From a virus, in IMG/VR virus record IMGVR_UViG_3300042922_001062, positions 1 through 64,000 of that record: a DNA stretch of 64,000 nt, one strand, 5' to 3'. Below, in pieces: positions 56,332 through 64,000 of the stretch. Numbering within the stretch: position 1 is the stretch's first letter; each line of letters begins with the position of its first letter. A model generated the notes under the pieces. That model was not told the DNA's origin. It did not search any database and worked only from the letters and a program-made list of their open reading frames with translations. A program made the position numbers and the translations under genes.

Positions 56332-58767
56332 ATGGCCTCTGCAACCGACCTTGAGCGCCTCGTCGTCCAGCTATCGGCCGACGTCAAAGGCTTCGAAAAC
56401 TCGATGAACCGCGCGGCCGGTATCATGAACCGGCAGGCCCGCGAAATCGAGCGTCGTAGCTCCCAGATGGCCAGCCGCCTCAACGGCATCGGTCGTCAGG
56501 CGGCGCAGAGCCTTATTGTGCCCTTTTCGGGGATCGCATCGGCACTCAGTGTCCGGGAAGTCGCCGCCTACGCCGACACCTGGACCGAGGCCGGCAACAA
56601 GATCCGTGCCGCGGCGACGTCTGCCGGTGTCCAGGCCCGGAGCCTCAACGATCTCAAGGATGCTGCGAACGCCGCGCGCACCGACCTCGAAAGCTATGTC
56701 GACCTCTATGCCCGGCTGATCCGCTCGGCTTCCGGCGTGGCTGAGAGCGAGCAGGAGATCGCGGCGGCAACGCAGATCGTGGCGCAGGCCTTCAAGGCCG
56801 GCGGCGCCTCCGCCTCGGAACAGGCCGCCGGCATCCTGCAGCTGGGGCAGGCGTTGGGCTCCGGGGTGCTGCAGGGCGACGAGCTCCGGTCCCTGCGCGA
56901 AAACGCGCCGATCCTGGCACAAGCCATTGCCGACGAATTCGGCGTGACGATCGCCGGATTGAAAGAGCTCGGCGCCGAAGGCGCGCTGACCTCGGAACGG
57001 GTGTTCCGGGCGATCCTCAATGCGCAGTCGAAGGTCGCGGCTCAGTTCAAGGCGACCAACGCGACGATCCGTGACGGCGTCACGGCCGTGAACAATGAGT
57101 TCCTTGCCTACATCGGGAACGCGGACAGCTCGGCAGGCGCCAGCCGCGCGCTCGCCGGCGCGCTGCTGGATCTCGCCGCAAACTTCGGCCCGGTCGCTGA
57201 CGGTGTGTCCGCGCTTGCTCTCATCATTGCCGGGTCTCTGACCGGTCGCGCTCTTGCCGGCTTGATCGTCACGCTGCCGAACGCCGTCGCGGCTCTTGGT
57301 GCCCTCCTGACGGCGCTGCGCGCTGGAGCGCCGGTGGCGGCGACCTTCACCGCAGCGCTTGGCCCTATCGGGCTGCTGGTCGGTGCCGCCGCTGCGGCGA
57401 TGCTCCTCTTGTCGTCTCGGCAGGAGCAGGCCGACGAGGCCGCCCAGGCTCACCGCAAGGCGCTCGTCGACCTACAGGACGCCTATGCTGCGGTGAAGAC
57501 CGGGAGCGAGGGCGCCGAGAAGAAGCTCGCCGACCTGTCGGCTAAGCACCTCGAAGCCGCGAAGGCCGCGGTCACCAACGCCAAGGCGCAGTTGGAGGCA
57601 GCCCGCGCGGTACAGGCCGCCGGCGAATCCACGATGCCGGCTTTCGGCCCGGAAGGTCTGCTGGCTCCGGCCGCGCAGGCCGGCTTCGTGGAGCGGAACA
57701 CCGCTGCTGCCATCGAGATGCTGGAGAAGCGGCAGGCCGAGCTCGCCGATCTCGAAAAGAGGCTCGCCAATCCGGAAACCGGGCTTGCCGGCGATACTGC
57801 CGGCTTCGGAAATGCCCCGGCGGTGACCTCAAGTTCGAAAGTCGGTCGGCGTACCGCTGACGACCGCTTCCGAGAGGACATCCAGTCGGTGCGAGACCGC
57901 ACCGCCGCGCTCGCCGAAGAACAGTCGATGATCGGCCAGAGCCTCGCCGTGCAGGAATCCCGCCGCGTCGCCCTCGATCTGGAGCAGCGAGCTCTTGCTG
58001 ATCTCCGCGAGGAAGCCCGACGCAAGGGCGAGACCGACCTCGAAAGCATCCAATTGGCGCCCGAGCAGATCGCGGCGATCCATGAGGTGGCGGACGCCTA
58101 TGGCCAGCAGGCTGCGGCGCTTCAACAGGCGCAGCAGGCTTTCGCTGAAGGAAATGCCTTGGCGCGCGACTTCACTGGCGACTTAGTCGACGGCTTGAAG
58201 GACGGGAAGCTCGAGGCAGGAGAACTCGCCGACGCCCTTGCTGATGTCGGTGATCAACTTCTCGACCTCGCACTGAACGCCCTATTCGACACCAGCAGCG
58301 GCGGCGGAATCCTGGGGGCGCTTTTCGGCGGCCTCGCCAAGGGCGGGACGGTCTCCGGTTCGGGCGGTATCGGTCATGCCGCGACCGGCGGCAGCATCAG
58401 CGGACCTGGAAGCGGAACCAGCGACAGCATCCCCATGATGTTGTCCGACGGCGAGTATGTCGTCCGTGCCAGCCAGGCCAAGAAGTTCGGCGCCCTGCTT
58501 GAAGCGATCAATTCTGGAAGGATCGGGAGGATGGCAGCGGGCGGCCCTGTGTCGGCCCCCCGCTTGCCGCCGCTGACGACAATGGGCGGTGCCTCCGGCG
58601 GGACCATGCGGTTCTCGTATCAGGGGCCGTCGGTGTCCATCGGGGCCGGGGCCTCGGTGGAATCCGTGGCCGCGCTACGCAAGGTGCTGGAAGAAGATCG
58701 CCGCAGCTTCGCGCAGCGCACGGTGCGCGTCATCCGCGACGCGCAGCGCCGCAATGTGGGGATCTGA
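56332..58767 (+). CDS. Tape measure protein (811 aa)
   Basis: QLGQALGSGVLQGDELRSL.EN; Ala-rich; GPGSGTSDSIP..LSDGEYV. Confidence 0.93.
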   Translation: MASATDLERLVVQLSADVKGFENSMNRAAGIMNRQAREIERRSSQMASRLNGIGRQAAQSLIVPFSGIASALSVREVAAYADTWTEAGNKIRAAATSAGVQARSLNDLKDAANAARTDLESYVDLYARLIRSASGVAESEQEIAAATQIVAQAFKAGGASASEQAAGILQLGQALGSGVLQGDELRSLRENAPILAQAIADEFGVTIAGLKELGAEGALTSERVFRAILNAQSKVAAQFKATNATIRDGVTAVNNEFLAYIGNADSSAGASRALAGALLDLAANFGPVADGVSALALIIAGSLTGRALAGLIVTLPNAVAALGALLTALRAGAPVAATFTAALGPIGLLVGAAAAAMLLLSSRQEQADEAAQAHRKALVDLQDAYAAVKTGSEGAEKKLADLSAKHLEAAKAAVTNAKAQLEAARAVQAAGESTMPAFGPEGLLAPAAQAGFVERNTAAAIEMLEKRQAELADLEKRLANPETGLAGDTAGFGNAPAVTSSSKVGRRTADDRFREDIQSVRDRTAALAEEQSMIGQSLAVQESRRVALDLEQRALADLREEARRKGETDLESIQLAPEQIAAIHEVADAYGQQAAALQQAQQAFAEGNALARDFTGDLVDGLKDGKLEAGELADALADVGDQLLDLALNALFDTSSGGGILGALFGGLAKGGTVSGSGGIGHAATGGSISGPGSGTSDSIPMMLSDGEYVVRASQAKKFGALLEAINSGRIGRMAAGGPVSAPRLPPLTTMGGASGGTMRFSYQGPSVSIGAGASVESVAALRKVLEEDRRSFAQRTVRVIRDAQRRNVGI

Positions 58768-58769
58768 CG

Positions 58770-59420
58770 GTGGCCATCACCTATCCTCGCAACCTGCCGG
58801 CCTGCGGCGCCCGGCGGGTCGCTTTTGAACTGCTCGATCCGGTCGTCTCGTCGCCAAGCAAGCGCGGACTGGTGATCAATCGCACGCAGGTGGTTGACCC
58901 GATCTGGCACCTGCGCGCGGAAACGTACACCCTGCGCCAGCCGGCGGAATGGGCTGCCTGGGGCGCGAGCCTCGGCGGCGGGCTTCGCACCTTCCTCGCC
59001 TCGGATTCCCGCTATCGCCGGCCTCTGGCCTATCCGAATGCAGAAGCCCCCGGCGACATCTCGCCGGGATGGGCGGGCACCGCCGCCATCACCGCACTCG
59101 GCGCCGGTGGTGCTCTATCTCTGGTCAGCCTGCCGGCAGCCTACAAGATCAAGGCCGGCGACCGCATCGGCATCCAGCAAGGATCGCCGGAGCGGTATGG
59201 CTATTACCAGGCCCTGGAGGATGTGACGGCGACGGCCGGCGGCGCCGCGACCTTGACCGTCGCGCCCTTTCTCCACACCAGCATCTTCACGGCGCCGGGC
59301 ACGGCCCGGCTGTGGCGCCCCAGCGTTGAATTCGTGCTGGACGCATCGTCCTGGCGTGAGGAGCCCGGCGCCCGGCCGGGATGGTCCACCTTCAGCTTCG
59401 AGGCCTGGCAGAAGCTATGA
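58770..59420 (+). CDS. Distal tail protein
   Basis: Position after the tape measure gene; L.GG.RTF...D..RRP.AYP. Confidence 0.65.
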   Translation: MAITYPRNLPACGARRVAFELLDPVVSSPSKRGLVINRTQVVDPIWHLRAETYTLRQPAEWAAWGASLGGGLRTFLASDSRYRRPLAYPNAEAPGDISPGWAGTAAITALGAGGALSLVSLPAAYKIKAGDRIGIQQGSPERYGYYQALEDVTATAGGAATLTVAPFLHTSIFTAPGTARLWRPSVEFVLDASSWREEPGARPGWSTFSFEAWQKL

Positions 59421-59447
59421 TCACGCTTCCTCCCAATCTGCTCGCAG

Positions 59448-59855
59448 CTATTGACGCTCTACCTTCAAGGGCGGCGCCGCTTCTGCGCTTCTCATTCGAG
59501 GACGGAGGGCGGCACTTAGCTCGCGTGGCAGACGAAAGTGGTGAACCGATCCGCCCTCTAACGTTAGAGAAAGCACAATTGTCCCCGGCGTCTCGGTCGG
59601 CCCAGCGTCGACGGCCGAAACCTCAGTCATTCTGACGAACCCCACCGTGCCGATGGGCGGTTGCATCACGCTCAGGTTCAAGAGCAGGCCGAGCTGGTAA
59701 TGCAGTTGTTCCGCTTTCTCTCGGCTGAGGCCCAAGTTCAGAACGCTATCTCCGGCTGCGATCGGCCAGGTTAAAACGACCGTATCCCCCTCTGGCGTCA
59801 TCGCCAGATCAACGCGGTCGCAATCATAGATTTTCTGGCTTGGTTCGTACTGCAT
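59448..59855 (-). CDS. Hypothetical protein (moron)
   Basis: RBS GGAGGGG; opposite strand; lower GC. Confidence 0.55.
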   Translation of the reverse strand: MQYEPSQKIYDCDRVDLAMTPEGDTVVLTWPIAAGDSVLNLGLSREKAEQLHYQLGLLLNLSVMQPPIGTVGFVRMTEVSAVDAGPTETPGTIVLSLTLEGGSVHHFRLPRELSAALRPRMRSAEAAPPLKVERQ

Positions 59856-59926
59856 AGCCCCCTCCCGTTGCGAAATACCATCAAACCATCCGCACGACGG
59901 ACGAGTCGAGCGGAGAACGGGGTTCC

Positions 59927-60553
59927 ATGATCACGCTCCCGTCCGACGTGCTGGCCCTGCTCGATGCCGGGCGGATTTCCATTCGCGGCCTGATCCGCTT
60001 CGACCTCGGGTCCGGCACATATGGCTTCGTGCGCTCGGTGCAGCCGCTCACCTGGTCCGGCGTGACCTACCAGCCGGGCGGTCTCATCTCCGTTTCCGAC
60101 CTCGATTCTTCGATGGACGGTTCGGCGCAGGCCTTCACGGTCAAGCTGGCGGCCTCGCCCGATGACGAGCTGACGCCCGAGGTGTTGCTGACGATCGAAG
60201 CCGAGGATTACCGGGACCGGCCGGTGACCATCTATGACGCCTATTTCCATCCCGACACCGGCGGCCTCCTGCATGTGCAGGCGCTGAAGCGCGGTTACAT
60301 CGACACGATCGACCACTTCGACGATCCGGAGGACGGCTACACTCTCGAGGCCAAGTGCGAGAGCCGGGCGCTCGATTACACCCGCACCAACGGGCGTCGC
60401 CGCACCGTCGTCGATCAGGCGCGCCGCGCGCCGGGCGATCTGTTCTTCGAGCACGCCGCCATGCGCGGTCGCGAAGTCATCTTCTGGGGGCGGGAAAAGG
60501 CGGCGGCGCCGCGACCCCAGGTGCCCCGATCGACGACGCCACGCCGGCGCTGA
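59927..60553 (+). CDS. Tail tip protein (DUF2163-like)
   Basis: RG.ID..CES....DQ.R..PGD.FF. Confidence 0.7.
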   Translation: MITLPSDVLALLDAGRISIRGLIRFDLGSGTYGFVRSVQPLTWSGVTYQPGGLISVSDLDSSMDGSAQAFTVKLAASPDDELTPEVLLTIEAEDYRDRPVTIYDAYFHPDTGGLLHVQALKRGYIDTIDHFDDPEDGYTLEAKCESRALDYTRTNGRRRTVVDQARRAPGDLFFEHAAMRGREVIFWGREKAAAPRPQVPRSTTPRRR

Positions 60554-60569
60554 AAGCGGACCACTCACC

Positions 60570-60974
60570 ATGCGGATCAAGGGATGGGAACGCGAGCTCC
60601 GGCTCGTGGTCGAGAAGCATATCGCCCTGCCGTCGGCCTATGGCATCTCGGATTGCTACATCATCGCCGACGACGCCGTCGAAGCCATCACCGGCAAGCG
60701 GATGTTCACCGGGGCGCGGGGCTATCGAACGGGGGCCGGCGCCGCGAAGAAGCTGCGGAAGCGCGGCTTCGCGACCGTCGCGGACGCCTTCGCGGCACGC
60801 TTCGCCGAGATCCCGGCGATGATGGCACAGCGCGGCGACATCGGCGTCATCCACCAGACCAATGGCGAGGTGACCGGGGGCGTGTTCACCGGGCTCGGCT
60901 TCTTTACCCGCGACGGTGATCGCGCCGTGTTCCTGCCCTGCACCGACGTCGCGCGCGCTTTCCGGGTCGACTGA
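60570..60974 (+). CDS. NlpC/P60-like tail protein
   Basis: YG.SDC..A.AV.AITG..AQRGD. Confidence 0.7.
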   Translation: MRIKGWERELRLVVEKHIALPSAYGISDCYIIADDAVEAITGKRMFTGARGYRTGAGAAKKLRKRGFATVADAFAARFAEIPAMMAQRGDIGVIHQTNGEVTGGVFTGLGFFTRDGDRAVFLPCTDVARAFRVD

Positions 60975-60977
60975 CAG

Positions 60978-63494
60978 ATGCCGTTCATTGCACCGATAGT
61001 TGGAGCCGTTGGTGCCGCCATCGGCGCCGTCGGTTCGTTCGTCGGCAGCCTCGGCATCGTCGGCCAGGCGCTGCTCGGCATCGGCGCCAGCGTGCTCTCC
61101 AGCGTCATCCAGAAGGAGACGGCCGGAAAGCCGGAGAAGCAGCCCGGCGGCGTGCAGTTCGAACGCCAATATGGCGGGGACGTACCGCGACAGGTGGCCT
61201 GCGGCCTCGTCGGCATTGCCGGGCACGACACCTATGTGAACACCTTCGGGCCGAGCAACGGCATCCTTCAGCAGATCTACACGCTGTCGGACTTTCCCTG
61301 CCATGGCCTGTCGCGCGTGGCGATCGACGGCAAGTGGGTGACGCTCGGTCCCGTTGGCGAAGATGGGATGCAGAAGGTCACCAGCGGCGAGTACGCCGAC
61401 TTGATCCGCATCCAGTTCGTCGATGGCACGCAGACCGCCGCGGTGGCGGGGCTCGTTACCGCGGCGAACCCGGCCGACCGATGGACGGCCGATCACATCG
61501 GCGCCGGCGTCGCCTTCGTCTATGTGGCGCTCGCCTTCACCGAACCGCTCACCAGCTTCCCCGACTTCTTCTTCGAGTTCTACGGCGCCCGGCTCTACGA
61601 CTGGCGCAAGGATTCGACGGTCGGCGGCTCCGGCGGGCACCGCTGGGGCAACTACGCCACCTATGAGTTCACCGAGAACCCGGTGGTGATGGAATACAAC
61701 TACCGGCGCGGCATCGCCTGGAATGGCGATTTGTTCTGCGGCATGGGCATGCCGGCCAGCGACCTGCCGCTCGCCAAATGGACCGATGCGGCGAACATCT
61801 GCGACGAGTCGACGGATTACGGCACGCGCTATCGCTGCTCGATCATGCTCGACTGCACCGCCATGCATGGTGAAAACATCTCGTCGCTACAGCTGTCGTG
61901 CGGGGCGAAGAAGGTCGATGCGGTCGATGGGTCCTGGCCGCTGGTCGGCCACGATCAGGCGGTGGTCGCCACCATCGCCGACGACGACCTGATCGTGGGC
62001 GTGCGGGGGCGCTGGACGGCACGCCGTTCGATGAGCGATCTCGTCAACTCGGTCGCGGGCAACTTCCCCGATCCCGACCAGCTGTGGTCGATGATCGGCT
62101 ATGAGACGCAAACCAGCCCGGCGCTGGTGACGCTCGACCGCCGCAACCGCGATATCGCCGTCGACTTCCCGATGGTGCGGTCGAAGGACCAGGCCGCACA
62201 GCTTGCCGGCATCTATCTCGAGGAGAACCGCTACGAGGCGACCGGTGAAGAGGTCTGGCGTCCGCGGTTTCAGGTGCTGGAGCCTGGAGACTGGATCCGT
62301 CGCATCGGGCGCACGCACGGCGACCGCATCTACCAGATCACCGGCCTGTCGCTCGCCTCGCACGACGCCGACGGGCCGCGCAACGTCTCGGTGACGCTGC
62401 AGGAAGTCGATGGGGCGATCTATGACGGCATCACGGCTCCGCCGATCGTCGTGCCGATGCCGCCCGGCGCGCCAGTGCTGCTCAACGAGGTGCAGTCATT
62501 TTCGCTTATCGCGATTTCGCTGCAGGGCTCCAATGGACGACTTCTTCCGGGCATCCGCGCCGCTTGGGCAACGATCGACGACGTGACGATCACGGCGGTC
62601 GATATCCAGTACTACCCGACGGCGCAGCCGGCGGCGGTGATCACCAAGACCGTGCCCGCGAGCCAGACCGTCATTATTCTTGCGGAGGGGCTGGTCTCGA
62701 ATACCGAGTATACGGTGCGGACCCGCCTGCGCACCGATCCGCCCCGAGTGATCGCCTGGACGGCCGGCGAGACGGTGATGACGGACAGCATCACTGATGA
62801 GGCCGAGGAATTCGCGCGCTGGGTGGCCGAAGAGGTGGCGCGGCAGAGCGGTGCGGCCTTCGCCGCCATCGACGCGCTGCGCGAGGATTTCGGCCAGCTG
62901 ATCGCCGAGCAGGATGCTCAGAACTGGCGCGACAAGGAAGAATGGGGGTTTCAGCTCTCCGCCTCCGCCGAGCGGGTGACCGCCTCCTACACCGAGAAGA
63001 TCACCGTCGTCGCCAGCGACGTCGCCGGCATCGCATCTCAGGTCGTGCAGTTGCAGGCGGAACTCGACAATCTCGACGCCGGCGTGACCTTTCGTTCGGT
63101 GGCGGCGGTCTCGCTACCGGCCGGTGCGCTCGCCGCCTATGAGGCTGCCGCGGAGGTAAGCGACGGCGTGTACACGGCGCGCGCCGCCATGATGATCGCG
63201 GCTTACAGCAATGCCGGCGTCACGTATTCGACCTTCGAAGCCGAGGCCGATCTGTTCGTGCTGACCCGGCGCGTGAACGATATCCGCGTCTCGCCCTTTG
63301 TGTCGAATGCCTCCGGCATCTTTATTCAGGGCAACCTGATCGTCGACGGGTCGATCACCGCGCCGAAGCTGAACGTGGCGAGTATAGACGCCATCTCCGG
63401 CAATTTTGGCGAGATGTGGGCCGGTCGGATTCGTCCGCCTAGCGGCAAGATGGATATAAACCTCAACTCCGTCTACATCGACTTCTGGAGCTGA
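60978..63494 (+). CDS. Central tail fibre / host-specificity protein
   Basis: G.RLYD.RKD.T.GG.G.HRW..Y..T.NP, AANICDE, LEPGD, DGSITA.KL. Confidence 0.8.
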   Translation: MPFIAPIVGAVGAAIGAVGSFVGSLGIVGQALLGIGASVLSSVIQKETAGKPEKQPGGVQFERQYGGDVPRQVACGLVGIAGHDTYVNTFGPSNGILQQIYTLSDFPCHGLSRVAIDGKWVTLGPVGEDGMQKVTSGEYADLIRIQFVDGTQTAAVAGLVTAANPADRWTADHIGAGVAFVYVALAFTEPLTSFPDFFFEFYGARLYDWRKDSTVGGSGGHRWGNYATYEFTENPVVMEYNYRRGIAWNGDLFCGMGMPASDLPLAKWTDAANICDESTDYGTRYRCSIMLDCTAMHGENISSLQLSCGAKKVDAVDGSWPLVGHDQAVVATIADDDLIVGVRGRWTARRSMSDLVNSVAGNFPDPDQLWSMIGYETQTSPALVTLDRRNRDIAVDFPMVRSKDQAAQLAGIYLEENRYEATGEEVWRPRFQVLEPGDWIRRIGRTHGDRIYQITGLSLASHDADGPRNVSVTLQEVDGAIYDGITAPPIVVPMPPGAPVLLNEVQSFSLIAISLQGSNGRLLPGIRAAWATIDDVTITAVDIQYYPTAQPAAVITKTVPASQTVIILAEGLVSNTEYTVRTRLRTDPPRVIAWTAGETVMTDSITDEAEEFARWVAEEVARQSGAAFAAIDALREDFGQLIAEQDAQNWRDKEEWGFQLSASAERVTASYTEKITVVASDVAGIASQVVQLQAELDNLDAGVTFRSVAAVSLPAGALAAYEAAAEVSDGVYTARAAMMIAAYSNAGVTYSTFEAEADLFVLTRRVNDIRVSPFVSNASGIFIQGNLIVDGSITAPKLNVASIDAISGNFGEMWAGRIRPPSGKMDINLNSVYIDFWS

Positions 63495-63496
63495 TC

Positions 63497-64000
63497 GTGG
63501 CGGCGAGCAACTTCACCATCGCAAGCCTCGGCGGGATCGTCCGGATTCGGAGCTGCCTCGCTCCATACGACCCGAAGAACCTCTCTCTCGATCCGCGCGT
63601 GGTGACGTTCGACAGCGGGCGCCGAAACGTCATGCGCCTGCTCACCAGCGGCGTAGCGGGTGCCGGCTCGCTGCCGACGAAGAACATCAACTATCCTTCT
63701 ACCTTCGGTGGCATCGCTGGTACGCGTAATGTGCGCCGCCTGGCGCTTGCCGGGGCCAACGGTCCGACCCGCCCGACGCTGGCATGGATGAGGAATGGCG
63801 GCGGCACGCTGACGCGGTACCCTGCCGGCTCTCCTGTCTCGGGCAGCGGAATTTCGACGAGCTACGCCCGCGGCTACGGCACTTGCGCCGTGACGCTGGA
63901 GAATGACGAGATTTGCTTTTCGCCCAGCCGGGCGAACGTGGAATATGCCTACTTCGTCTTCGGGACGAACCCGACAGCGTTGGAAGGGGCGGGTGGCAAT
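63497..64000 (+). CDS. Tail-region protein, partial
   Basis: GTG start just after the previous stop; frame appears open to the window end. Confidence 0.45.
   Translation, partial: MAASNFTIASLGGIVRIRSCLAPYDPKNLSLDPRVVTFDSGRRNVMRLLTSGVAGAGSLPTKNINYPSTFGGIAGTRNVRRLALAGANGPTRPTLAWMRNGGGTLTRYPAGSPVSGSGISTSYARGYGTCAVTLENDEICFSPSRANVEYAYFVFGTNPTALEGAGGN

Overview
High-GC DNA, probably alphaproteobacterial (Hyphomicrobiales-like; inferred from GapR, DUF3572 and DnaA homologues and from the LexA and EcfG promoter motifs). Positions 1-1203 are host: an AI-2E transporter and tRNA-Asp(GTC). From about 1204 to beyond the window end lies a lambdoid siphovirus prophage integrated at tRNA-Asp. It has an integrase and Xis, a leftward early operon, a cI/cro switch with five matching operators, a rightward operon with GapR, DnaN, a full-length DnaA, an MT-A70 methylase, a SNF2 helicase and a Rep, then HNH/terS/terL, head and tail genes. 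The main result is that the prophage protease-capsid gene is split by a 15.76 kb second element bounded by an exact 18 bp direct repeat (ATTCCTCCGCCCGATGAC at 31436-31453 and 47198-47215); excision would restore a 657 aa in-frame gene. This embedded satellite has its own tyrosine integrase and puts a terminator just inside its left end. It carries a near-identical copy of the helper's putative cos/packaging site, its own capsid-protein homologue, a homologue of a helper head accessory protein, a tail fibre plus chaperone, defence-like cargo (DUF4238-SEC-C, AbiJ/HEPN-like, DEDDh-BRCT) and a cluster of UUGGCG-loop hairpins. It has no recognisable replication or terminase gene. Other points: six cargo genes share an EcfG-type general-stress promoter, there is a LexA-boxed mini-operon, a three-gene glycan-modification block sits among the head-tail genes, and the tail chaperone has a -1 frameshift site. 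All family assignments come from motifs recognised by eye, not from database searches.
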